From an uncultured Enterobacteriaceae bacterium (GTDB lineage Bacteria; Pseudomonadota; Gammaproteobacteria; Burkholderiales; SG8-39): DNA of 54,443 nucleotides. The translations under genes were made by a program, and so were the position numbers. Positions 20,777 through 29,217 of this stretch are shown here, in pieces (the stretch's first letter is position 1; the number at the start of each line of letters is the position of its first letter). The stretch covers positions 1-54,443 of the forward strand of contig CAZVHU010000002.1 of NCBI GenBank assembly GCA_964627075.1, in the 5' to 3' direction. Below the pieces are notes generated by a model, which saw only the letters and a program-made list of their open reading frames with translations, had not been told where the DNA came from and did no database searches.

Positions 20777-22249
20777 CTACAGCGCGTTGGCGATGCGGCG
20801 GAAGTGCAGGCCGATGATCGAGAGCTCCATCGCGGCGCGGAACTTCGCGGGGCGCGCGACAAGCGTCGAGACCATCAGCCGCCAGAACCCCCAGCGTCCC
20901 GGATCGCGCAGCCCCAGCACCCAGAGCGAGCGCAGGAACGCGCGCGCGTCCGCAGCCGAGAGCCGCAGCCGCGGCCCGCTCGGCCGCCAGGTGGCGAGGA
21001 ACGTGCGCACGCGCTGGTAGTAGTGCTTGGGGTGATAGAGCGCGCGCATCAGCTCGCGGTAGCCGGAGACCAGGAACTCGCGGTCGAGGCGCGTGACGAA
21101 ATTGATCACCGCGTCGGTGTTGTTGCCCGCGCTCTCGGCGAGGATCCGGCCCTCGCGCGCAAGGCGCTGGTAGAGCTCGGTCTGCGGCAGCGCCGAGAGC
21201 AGCCCCACCATCGCGGTCACCACGCCCGAGCGCTGGATGAACTCGAACTGGCGGCTGAAGATGTCGTGCCGGTCGCTGTCGAAGCCGACGATGAAGCCGC
21301 CCATCACCTCCATTCCAGCGCGTTGCAGCGTGCGCACCGCCTCGCCCAGGTCGCGGTCCACGTTCTGGCCCTTGCGGCATTCCCTGAGGCTTTCGGCCGA
21401 AGGCGTCTCGATGCCGAGGAACACCTTTTTGAAGCCGGCCTCGACCATGAGCGCGCACAGCTCCGCGTCGTCGGCCAGGTTGACCGACGCCTCGGTGAGG
21501 AAGCCGATTCCGCTGCCCGAGCGCGCGCGCCACGCGATGATCGCGCGCAGCAGCTCCTTCGCGCGCTTGCGGTTGCCGATGAAGTTGTCGTCCACGACGA
21601 ACACCATCTGCTGCCAGCCGCTGCGGCGCAGCGCCTCGAGCTCCGCCACCACCTGCTCCGGCGCCTTGGTGCGCGGCACGCGGCCGTTCATCACCACGAT
21701 GTCGCAGAACTCGCACTGGAAAGGGCAGCCGCGCGAGTGCTGCACCGGCATGGTGACGTAGTCTTGAAGGCGGATCAGGTCCCAGCGCGGCACCGGCGTG
21801 GCGCGCACGTCGGGAAATCCCGGCGCGCGGTACATCCGTTTCAGCGTGCCGCGCCCCATGTCGGCGACCACTTCGGCGATCACGCCCTCGGCCTCGCCGC
21901 AGACGAAATGCGGGATCTCCGGGAACTCGGCGTGCCCGGTGGTGAAGAGCGGCCCGCCGGCGAGCACCGGCCGCCCGAGCGCGGCGCAGCGCGCGGCGAC
22001 CTCGTGCGCGCTTTCCTTGTGCACGATCATGCCGCTCAGGAACACGTAGTCGGCCCACCCGATCGCCTCGTCCGCGAGCGGCGCGACGTTCAGGTCCACC
22101 AGCCTCAGGTTCCAGTGGGCCGGCAGCATGGCCGCCACCGTGAGCAGCCCCAGCGGCGGGAACGCCGCCCTGCGGGCGACGAACGGCAGCACGTGCGCGA
22201 AGCTCCAGAAGGTGGCCGGCGTTCGCGGATAGACGAGCAGGACGTTCAT
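20777..22249 (-). CDS. B12-binding radical SAM protein with DUF4070-type C-terminus (function unknown)
   Basis: N-terminal cobalamin-binding fold (NVLLVYPR...PPLGLLTVAAML), a CxxxCxxC cluster motif (SRGCPFQCEFCDI) and a long conserved C-terminal extension. Confidence 0.85.
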   Translation of the reverse strand: MNVLLVYPRTPATFWSFAHVLPFVARRAAFPPLGLLTVAAMLPAHWNLRLVDLNVAPLADEAIGWADYVFLSGMIVHKESAHEVAARCAALGRPVLAGGPLFTTGHAEFPEIPHFVCGEAEGVIAEVVADMGRGTLKRMYRAPGFPDVRATPVPRWDLIRLQDYVTMPVQHSRGCPFQCEFCDIVVMNGRVPRTKAPEQVVAELEALRRSGWQQMVFVVDDNFIGNRKRAKELLRAIIAWRARSGSGIGFLTEASVNLADDAELCALMVEAGFKKVFLGIETPSAESLRECRKGQNVDRDLGEAVRTLQRAGMEVMGGFIVGFDSDRHDIFSRQFEFIQRSGVVTAMVGLLSALPQTELYQRLAREGRILAESAGNNTDAVINFVTRLDREFLVSGYRELMRALYHPKHYYQRVRTFLATWRPSGPRLRLSAADARAFLRSLWVLGLRDPGRWGFWRLMVSTLVARPAKFRAAMELSIIGLHFRRIANAL

Positions 22250-22335
22250 GGGCGAAGGATGGTCGCGGCGCGGCACGCGACTGGCAATGCCGCACCCGGC
22301 ATTCCTTGCCCTGGGTCAACTCCGCGGCGCGAGGC

Positions 22336-23673
22336 TCAGCGGATGACGATGGTGAGCAGGTAGTCGCCGCGCACGACGTTGAGCGCCGCGCGCTCGCCGG
22401 CGCCGAGCGCCTGCGCGAGCTCGGCGACCGAGCCGACGCGGAGCCGGTTGACGCCGACGATGAAGTCGCCGGCGCGCAGCCCGTGGCGGAACGCCGCCGA
22501 GCCTTGCTCGACCGCCGTCACCACCACGCCGCGCTCGCGGCCCCGCGCCGTCGAGCGCTCGCCTGCCGCGAGCCGCGCCCCGGCGAGCTGCGGGATCGCC
22601 TCGCCGCCCGCGGCGTCGCGCGATTCCACCTGCGCGGTCTGCACGCGAAGCGTTTGCACCTCGCGCCCGCGCTGCACGCGCAGCTCGACGGTCTCGCCCG
22701 CGGGGATGACGCCGGCTTGCGCGCGCAGCTCCGCCGAGCCGCGCACCGGCCGGCCGTTGAGCGCCGTCACCACGTCGCCCGCGCGCAGGCCCGCGCGCTC
22801 GGCCGGCGAGCCCGGCTGCACCGCCATGATCGCCGCGCCCTCCTTCACCGGCACGCCGAGCTTTTGCGCGAGTTCCGGCGTCAAGGTCTGCATCTGCACG
22901 CCGAGGTAGCCGCGCCGCACCTCGCCGAATCGCACCAGCTGCTGCATCACCGCGCGCGCCATGTTGACCGGCACCGCGAAACCGATGCCGATGTTGCCGC
23001 CCGCGGGGCCGATGATTGCGGTGTTGATGCCGACGAGCTCTCCCCGCAGGTTGATGAGCGCGCCGCCCGAGTTGCCGGGGTTGATCGCGGCATCGGTCTG
23101 GATGAAGTCCTCGTAGCCCTCGGGCGAAAGCCCGGAGCGGCCGACCGCGGAAACGATGCCCGAGGTCACCGTCTGCCCGATGCCGAACGGGTTGCCGATC
23201 GCGACCACGAAGTCGCCGACCTGCAGCGCGTCGGAGTCGCCCAGGCTCGCCTGCACGAGCCCCTCGGCCGCGATCTTGAGCAGCGCGATGTCGGTGCCGG
23301 CGTCGGCGCCGACGAGCTTCGCCGGAAAGCGCCGGTTGTCCTTCAGCGTGACCAGTACCTCGCGCGCCTGCTTGATCACGTGGTGGTTGGTCACGACGTA
23401 GCCGTTTCTCGCGTCGACGATCACGCCCGAGCCCGCGGAGAGCTGCGGCTGCGGCGGTTGCAGGCCGAAGAAGCGCCGGAAGAACGGGTCCCGGAGCAGC
23501 GGGTTCTCCTCCTCGGGCGAGGCGGCGAGCACCGCGATGTTGACCACCGCCGGTGCGACGCGCTCGATCACCGGCGCGAGCGTCGGCAGCCCGTCGCGCG
23601 TCGCCACCGCGGGCACCTGCGCCGCAGCGAGCGGCGCAACGAGCAGCAGCGCTGCCAATAGTACGCTTCGCAT
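22336..23673 (-). CDS. Do/DegP/MucD-family periplasmic serine endoprotease with two PDZ domains
   Basis: Signal peptide MRSVLLAALLLVAPLAAA. TNHHV, DIALLK and GNSGGAL catalytic triad blocks. Two PDZ-like segments. Confidence 0.9.
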   Translation of the reverse strand: MRSVLLAALLLVAPLAAAQVPAVATRDGLPTLAPVIERVAPAVVNIAVLAASPEEENPLLRDPFFRRFFGLQPPQPQLSAGSGVIVDARNGYVVTNHHVIKQAREVLVTLKDNRRFPAKLVGADAGTDIALLKIAAEGLVQASLGDSDALQVGDFVVAIGNPFGIGQTVTSGIVSAVGRSGLSPEGYEDFIQTDAAINPGNSGGALINLRGELVGINTAIIGPAGGNIGIGFAVPVNMARAVMQQLVRFGEVRRGYLGVQMQTLTPELAQKLGVPVKEGAAIMAVQPGSPAERAGLRAGDVVTALNGRPVRGSAELRAQAGVIPAGETVELRVQRGREVQTLRVQTAQVESRDAAGGEAIPQLAGARLAAGERSTARGRERGVVVTAVEQGSAAFRHGLRAGDFIVGVNRLRVGSVAELAQALGAGERAALNVVRGDYLLTIVIR

Positions 23674-23746
23674 CCCAATATCTTGACAGTGCCGGCGCCT
23701 TCCTTCCACCATCGCGCGCAGTCGATGCCATGCTGAGGCCCTGCCC

Positions 23747-24556
23747 GTGAATCGGCCGTTCGTGCTGGCGCAGGTGAGCGACCTGCACATCCGGGCGGGC
23801 GGGGCGCTCGCCTGCCGGGTCGTGGACACGACGCAGATGCTGCGCGCCTGCGTGCGCAGCCTCCTCGCGCTGGAGCGCCGGCCCGACGCTGTCGTGCTCA
23901 CCGGCGACCTTGCAGACGCCGGCTCGGCCGAGGAATACGCCGCGCTGCGCGAGCTGATCGCGCCGCTTTCGATGCCGGTATACCTCATGCCGGGCAACCA
24001 CGACGAGCGCGAGGCGCTGCGCGCCGCATTCCCGGAGCACGCCTACCTGCGCCAGTCGGGCGCGTTCATCCAATACGCGATCGAGGACTATCCGTTGCGC
24101 CTGATTGCGCTCGACACGCTCATCCCCGGCCGGAGCGCAGGGGAGCTCTGCCCGCAAAGGCTAGGCTGGCTGGACAGGATGCTCGCGCGGGTTCCGGAAA
24201 AGCCGACCGCCGTCTTTATGCACCACCCGCCTTTCCGCACCCACATCGGCTCGATGGACAAGTACGAGCTGGGCGGCCGCGAGGCGCTGGTGGCGGTGAT
24301 CCGGCGGCACCCGCAGGTGCAGGCGATCCTCTGCGGCCACGTGCACCGTCCGATCGAGACGCGCTTTGCCGGCACGCTCGCCTCGACCGCGCCGAGCGCG
24401 GCGCACCAGATCAGGCTCGACCTGGACCTCGAGGCGCCCGGGCGGCTGGTGATGGAGCCGCCTGCGTACCGGCTGCATGCCTACGCGCCCGACACCGGGC
24501 TGGTGTCGCACACCGCCTTCATCGGCGAATTCGCCGGGCCTTACCCGCTGCGCTAG
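23747..24556 (+). CDS. Metallophosphoesterase (CpdA/GpdQ-like cyclic-nucleotide or glycerophosphodiester phosphodiesterase)
   Basis: QVSDLH, TGDLAD, GNHD, HHPP, GHVH calcineurin-like motifs. GTG start. Confidence 0.8.
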   Translation: MNRPFVLAQVSDLHIRAGGALACRVVDTTQMLRACVRSLLALERRPDAVVLTGDLADAGSAEEYAALRELIAPLSMPVYLMPGNHDEREALRAAFPEHAYLRQSGAFIQYAIEDYPLRLIALDTLIPGRSAGELCPQRLGWLDRMLARVPEKPTAVFMHHPPFRTHIGSMDKYELGGREALVAVIRRHPQVQAILCGHVHRPIETRFAGTLASTAPSAAHQIRLDLDLEAPGRLVMEPPAYRLHAYAPDTGLVSHTAFIGEFAGPYPLR

Positions 24557-24564
24557 CGAAACCG

Positions 24565-24933
24565 CTAGTGCACGCGCAGCTCGAGCACCTTGTCGACCAG
24601 CGCGTGCACGTCGGCGGCGACGTGCTCCATCTCGTCGAACGCCGAAGACAGCGCGCGCGGCGTCGTCCCGGCCGCCTCCAGCATGCGGCGCAGGATGCGC
24701 ACGCAATCGGACTCGGCGCGCATCGCCGCCCAGAGCGCTGCCTCCCTGCGCGCGGACTCCAGCGCCGCTTCCGACGCCTCGGCCGCGCTTTCCATCCATT
24801 CCAGGTAGGACGCGATGAACGCTTCGCCCGCGCCATCGCCCGGCTCGATCCTGCTCGCCGCGCTCGATCCGGCGATCGATTCGCCGGAATTCGACCACTC
24901 GAGGTACTCGGCTATCCAGTCCACGCTCCGCAC
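24565..24933 (-). CDS. Hypothetical acidic 122-aa protein with internal YLEW repeat
   Basis: G/C-rich third codon positions (read by eye) on this strand, versus Arg/His-rich nonsense on the opposite strand. No recognisable domain. Confidence 0.5.
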   Translation of the reverse strand: MRSVDWIAEYLEWSNSGESIAGSSAASRIEPGDGAGEAFIASYLEWMESAAEASEAALESARREAALWAAMRAESDCVRILRRMLEAAGTTPRALSSAFDEMEHVAADVHALVDKVLELRVH

Positions 24934-25198
24934 GATCTGGTCCGTGAAGCCGCCCTCCCTTGCGCGTGATTCGTTGCCCCCTTGTCTTGCGACCGTTGCC
25001 TCCCTGTGGCGGAGAATTCTCGGCCTGTGCTTGGCGCGGGGGGTTGAAGCCGATTAACCGCGGGCGATACTTGCGATGCAGCATCGCGAGCGAGCCGACG
25101 CGTTGCGCAGCGCGGCAAGAGCGCGACGCAGCCGGCTACGTGCGCCATAATCGGCCCGGCAGGCGCGCCATGCGCCGCGCAAAATGGAGATCGGACGA

Positions 25199-25654
25199 AT
25201 GTACAAGCGAATCCTGGTTCCAGTGGACGGCAGCCCGACCGCGAACCGCGGCCTGAAGGAGGCGCTGCGCCTGGCGAAGGCGCACCGCGCGCGCCTGTGC
25301 CTGCTGCACGTGGTGGAGGAGTTCTTCGTCGCGCAGGCCGGCGAGGCGATCGTCTACGCCGAGGAGATGTTCGACGCGCTGAAGGCGAGCGGCCGCAAGG
25401 TGCTCGCGCGCGCGCAGGCCGCGGCGAAGAAGAGCGGCGTGCCCGCGCGCACCGTGCTCGTGGAATCGATCGCGCAGCCGGTAGCGGACGTGATCGTGCG
25501 CCAGGCGCGCAGGTTCAAGGCAGACCTGATCGTGCTCGGCACGCACGGCCGGCGCGGCGTGCGCCGCGTGGTGCTGGGAAGCGACGCCGAGCAGGTCGTA
25601 CGCCTTGCGCAGGCCCCCGTGCTGCTCGTTCGCGCGCCCGGTTCGCGACGCTAG
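25199..25654 (+). CDS. Universal stress protein (UspA family)
   Basis: MYKRILVPVDGS...A.RLA......L.LLHVV...DLIVLGTHGRRG..R.VLGS.AE.V.R.A..PVLLVR. GGAG lies 10 nt upstream of ATG 25199. Confidence 0.85.
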   Translation: MYKRILVPVDGSPTANRGLKEALRLAKAHRARLCLLHVVEEFFVAQAGEAIVYAEEMFDALKASGRKVLARAQAAAKKSGVPARTVLVESIAQPVADVIVRQARRFKADLIVLGTHGRRGVRRVVLGSDAEQVVRLAQAPVLLVRAPGSRR

Positions 25655-26466
25655 CACCGGCGGAACACGGCCCGGCATCCCGGCCAGGCGGCGAGGCCGG
25701 GAACCTCGCCGGGCAGCCGCTCCTGCGCGCCGATCACGAGCGCACCGCCAGGTCGCAAGTTCGCGACGATGCGCTCGAGCGCGCTGCGCGCGCGGTCGGC
25801 CGAGAAATAGGTGAACGCCAGGTTGCGGCACAGCGCGAGGTCGAAGGTTTGCGGCGGCGCCTCGGCGAGCAGGTCGCGGCGCTCGAACTCGACGCCTTCG
25901 CGGAATTCCGGCCCCAGGCAGCAGAGCCCCGAGCGCCGTTCGAACGCCTGCTCGCGCCATTCGACGGAAAGCTCCTTGAGGCTGCTCGCCTTGTAGCAGC
26001 CGGTTCGCGCTCGTTCGATTAGCGCTGCGTCGATGTCGGTGCCGAGCACGCGAATGCAGAGGCCGGGGAAGCGGGGGCCGAGCGCCAGGCGCCACTGGAG
26101 CGCGAGCGTATAGGGTTCCTCGCCCGAGGCGCAGCCGGCGCTCCAGCATTCGAGCCGCGACGCGCCGCGCGCGAGCGCCGCGTGCGCAAGCTCGGGAAGA
26201 ACGCGGGCACCGAGGCATTCGAAGACACCCCGATCGCGACAAAAACGCGAAATCGAGACGCTGCACAGTGCCGCGAGCGCCGGCCATTCCCCGGCGTGCG
26301 ATTCGAGGTACGCGGCGTACTGGCGGGTGTCCGCAAGCTCCAGCTGCCGCAGGCGATGCGCGACGCGCTTGCACACCTGCCCGCGCACCTTGCGGTATCC
26401 GGACCACGCCAAGCCGAGCTTTGGCAGCGCCCATTGCAGGAATGCGACGCAGTCAGCGTCCTTCAT
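25651..26466 (-). CDS. Orphan CheR-type SAM-dependent methyltransferase
   Basis: CheR N-domain (FLQWALPKLGLAWSGYRKVRGQVCKRV, ISRFCRD) and the SAM-binding block ECWSAGCASGEEPYTLAL...GTDID...LCRNLAFTYF. No other che genes in the window. Confidence 0.8.
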   Translation of the reverse strand: MKDADCVAFLQWALPKLGLAWSGYRKVRGQVCKRVAHRLRQLELADTRQYAAYLESHAGEWPALAALCSVSISRFCRDRGVFECLGARVLPELAHAALARGASRLECWSAGCASGEEPYTLALQWRLALGPRFPGLCIRVLGTDIDAALIERARTGCYKASSLKELSVEWREQAFERRSGLCCLGPEFREGVEFERRDLLAEAPPQTFDLALCRNLAFTYFSADRARSALERIVANLRPGGALVIGAQERLPGEVPGLAAWPGCRAVFRRC

Positions 26467-26472
26467 CCCGGC

Positions 26473-26730
26473 TCAGTGCTCGGCCGCGCCGCCGCCCGAG
26501 GGCGGAGCGTCCGAGCCGACGAGTGCAGCGAGCTCCCAATCGTCGGACGCGGGATCGTGCCGTAGCACGAACTGGCGTCCGTCTTCGGCCCGGACCTTGA
26601 AATAGCGGTGCCGCGGGTCGAGCCAGCGGTCGACGACGTCCGCCACCGGCAGGCGCCGCTCGTCGAGCCAGAACGCGCGCGGCTCCTCCTCGCCGCGAAA
26701 GCCGGCGTGGCACTCGACGCGGATCCTCAT
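26473..26730 (-). CDS. Small conserved-looking hypothetical protein (85 aa), apparently translationally coupled to the CheR-like gene
   Basis: MRIRVECHAGFRGEEEPRAFWLDERRLPVADVVDRWLDPRHRYFKVRAEDG.... GAGG precedes ATG 26730. Its stop lies 6 nt before the CheR-like ATG. Confidence 0.55.
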   Translation of the reverse strand: MRIRVECHAGFRGEEEPRAFWLDERRLPVADVVDRWLDPRHRYFKVRAEDGRQFVLRHDPASDDWELAALVGSDAPPSGGGAAEH

Positions 26731-26846
26731 CGCCACGCCTCGCTCAGGCCGCCTGCGCGCCACGCATCTTGATTCCGGTCAAGCGCCCCGGGCGCGCTTG
26801 GACGATGCTGTGCCGACACGGCGCAAGACTGCGCCCGGCGAGCACC

Positions 26847-27704
26847 ATGCTCCAGCGCACCGACGAGAACCAGCAGATTGCGGCGCAGTTGCGCGAGGCC
26901 GCCGACCTGCTTCACGCGCAGGGCGCCAACCCGTTCCGCGTCTCCGCCTACCGCAAGGCGGCGGACACCGTGGCTCAACTCGACCGGCCGGTGCGCGCAA
27001 TCTTCGACTCCGGCGGTCAGGCGGGCCTGCAAGCCCTGCCCAGCATCGGCAGCGGCATTGCCAATGCGATTGCCGAGATGCTGATCACCGGACGATGGAC
27101 GCAGCTGCAGCGCTTGCGCGGCGCCGCAGAGCCCGAGGCGCTGTTTCAGAGCGTCCCGGGAATCGGACCCGAGCTGGCGCGCGCGATCCACGAGACGCTG
27201 CACGTGGACACGCTCGAGGCGCTCGAGGCGGCCGCGCACGATGGGCGGCTGGAGGGCGTGCCGGGAGTGGGCCCGCGCCGCGCGGCGGCGATCCGCGGCG
27301 CGCTCTCGGGCATGCTCGGGCGGCGGCTGCCGCGCCGCCTGCCGGCGCCCGCTGCAAGCTCCCCGGCGGTCGCAACGCTGCTCGAAATCGATCGCGAATA
27401 CCGCGAGCAAGCCGCTGCCGGAAAACTGCCGACGATCGCTCCCAAGCGCTTCAACCCGAAGGGCGAGGCCTGGCTCCCGGTGTACCACGTCCGCCGCGCC
27501 GGCTGGCATTTCACGGTCCTGTTCTCCAACACCGCCAAGGCGCACGAGCTCGGTCGCACGCGCGACTGGGTGGTGATCTATTTCTACGACCACGACCATG
27601 TCGAGGGGCAGCACACGGTGGTCACGGAGACGCGCGGGCCGCTTGCCGGCCGGCGCGTGGTGCGCGGCCGGGAAGCCGAGTGCCGCGAGCACTATTTCGC
27701 TTAG
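26847..27704 (+). CDS. PolX-like helix-hairpin-helix DNA-binding protein lacking an obvious polymerase palm
   Basis: Pol-beta-like N-terminus (NQQIAAQLREAADLL...GANPFRVSAYRKAA). Three HhH GhG motifs (LPSIGSGIANAI, VPGIGPELARAI, VPGVGPRRAAAI). The C-terminal ~110 aa has no DxD catalytic motif. Confidence 0.7.
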   Translation: MLQRTDENQQIAAQLREAADLLHAQGANPFRVSAYRKAADTVAQLDRPVRAIFDSGGQAGLQALPSIGSGIANAIAEMLITGRWTQLQRLRGAAEPEALFQSVPGIGPELARAIHETLHVDTLEALEAAAHDGRLEGVPGVGPRRAAAIRGALSGMLGRRLPRRLPAPAASSPAVATLLEIDREYREQAAAGKLPTIAPKRFNPKGEAWLPVYHVRRAGWHFTVLFSNTAKAHELGRTRDWVVIYFYDHDHVEGQHTVVTETRGPLAGRRVVRGREAECREHYFA

Positions 27705-28357
27705 GCCGTCACATGCGCCCGCGACCCGGGCTTTTCGGCTTGGCGCAGGATCGCGACCACTTCATCGTCCTCGACCTGGAAGAATTCCCGGTAGAACTGG
27801 CCAACCGCATGGAAATTCGCCGGCGCATCGAGGCAAACGATCTCGTCCACATGCGGACGGACTCTGGCGAGACTGTCGGGGGCAGCGACCGGAACCGCGC
27901 ATACCAGGCGCGCCGGCTTGCGCGCCCGCACTGCGTGCAGCGCCGCGATCATCGTCGCGCCGGTGGCCAGGCCGTCGTCCACGACGATGACGATGCGGCC
28001 GGCGGGGTCGATCGGGTGCCGTGCCGGCGTATACAGCGCGCGCCGTGCGCGCAGCCTGTCCATCTGCGCGCGCCTTTCGCGCGCCAGGTGCTCCTCGCCG
28101 GCGCCGACTTCGGCCGCGTAATCCGCGATGTAGCACCAGCCGGTCTCGTCGATAGCGCCCACTGCCAGCTCGGGATTGCCCGGCGCCCCCAGCTTGTGGA
28201 CCAGCACCACGTCGAGCTCGCCGCCGAGAGCATCGGCGAGCGCGCGGCCCATCGGCACGGCGCCTCGGGGAATGGCGAGCACCAGCGGATTCTTGCTGCG
28301 GTACGCGGCGAGCGCGGTCGCGAGCCGCCGCGCCGCGTCGGTGCGGTCGCGGAACAT
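27701..28357 (-). CDS. Phosphoribosyltransferase-family protein
   Basis: FRDRTDAARRLA..L.......LVLAIPRGAVPMG..LA..L....DVVLVHKLG and the PRPP-binding loop IVIVVDDGLATGATM. Confidence 0.85.
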   Translation of the reverse strand: MFRDRTDAARRLATALAAYRSKNPLVLAIPRGAVPMGRALADALGGELDVVLVHKLGAPGNPELAVGAIDETGWCYIADYAAEVGAGEEHLARERRAQMDRLRARRALYTPARHPIDPAGRIVIVVDDGLATGATMIAALHAVRARKPARLVCAVPVAAPDSLARVRPHVDEIVCLDAPANFHAVGQFYREFFQVEDDEVVAILRQAEKPGSRAHVTA

Positions 28358-28360
28358 GCC

Positions 28361-29167
28361 CTACGTTCTACCGCGTCGCGCGCCGGCAGTCTTGAGCGGG
28401 GTCAAGCCGCGGCGCCGGCATGCAGGCGTGCGTGTTGCGAGGCGAACCAGCTCGATCAGGCGCGCGGCGTTGCGCGGCGCATTGCCGGAATCGGTGTTGT
28501 CGAAATAGACGTGCACCTCGCGGCCTTCGGCGAGCCAGCACCGCACCTTGGCCGCCCATGCCCGCAGCGCGCGCTCGCCGTAGGGCGAAGCATAAGTGAC
28601 CGGCCGGCCGTGCAGGCGTACATAGACCAGATCGGTGGTCACCGCGTCCCACAGCGGCCAGTCCGCGGCGTGCGACTGGCATGCGGCGATGCGGTGCCTG
28701 CTCAGGTGGTCCGCGACCTCCCCGCAGAACCAGGACGGGTGGCGGAACTCGATCGCATGCCGCGCGCCTTTCCACGCCCGCAACGCACGCGCGAAGCGCT
28801 CGAGCCGCGCCAGATCCTTGGCCATGCTGCGCGGCAATTGCCACAGCACGACGGCGAGCTTGGCGCCCAGGCCTGCCACGCGCTCGCGCTCGAGGCGCAC
28901 GGGCGCAACCGGCGCGCGCAGCTTGCGGTTGTGCGTGAGGTAGCGGTTGCCCTTGATCGCGAACCGGAATCGGGCCGGGGTGTCGGCTCGCCAGCGCTCG
29001 AACGCCGACCTGCGAAGCAGGTGGTAGAAAGTGGCGTTCACTTCCACCGCGCCGAAGCGCTGCGCGTAGAGCCGGAGCCATTGCGCGCGCGGCTTGCCGC
29101 CATAGAGCGCCTCGCGCCAGGCGTCGTAGCTCCAGCCGCTCGTTCCGATGTAGGCGCGCGCACTCAC
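28361..29167 (-). CDS. DUF72 (YecE/UPF0759) family protein
   Basis: YIGTSGWSYDAW...LYA.RF.AVEVNATFY...F.FAIKG.RY.TH...L motifs typical of DUF72. Its stop lies 3 nt before the PRTase start. Confidence 0.85.
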   Translation of the reverse strand: MSARAYIGTSGWSYDAWREALYGGKPRAQWLRLYAQRFGAVEVNATFYHLLRRSAFERWRADTPARFRFAIKGNRYLTHNRKLRAPVAPVRLERERVAGLGAKLAVVLWQLPRSMAKDLARLERFARALRAWKGARHAIEFRHPSWFCGEVADHLSRHRIAACQSHAADWPLWDAVTTDLVYVRLHGRPVTYASPYGERALRAWAAKVRCWLAEGREVHVYFDNTDSGNAPRNAARLIELVRLATRTPACRRRGLTPLKTAGARRGRT

Positions 29168-29217
29168 TGTAGGGCCTGCCGCAGCAAGCCTGCGCCGCCG
29201 GTCGAAGCAGCAGGTTG

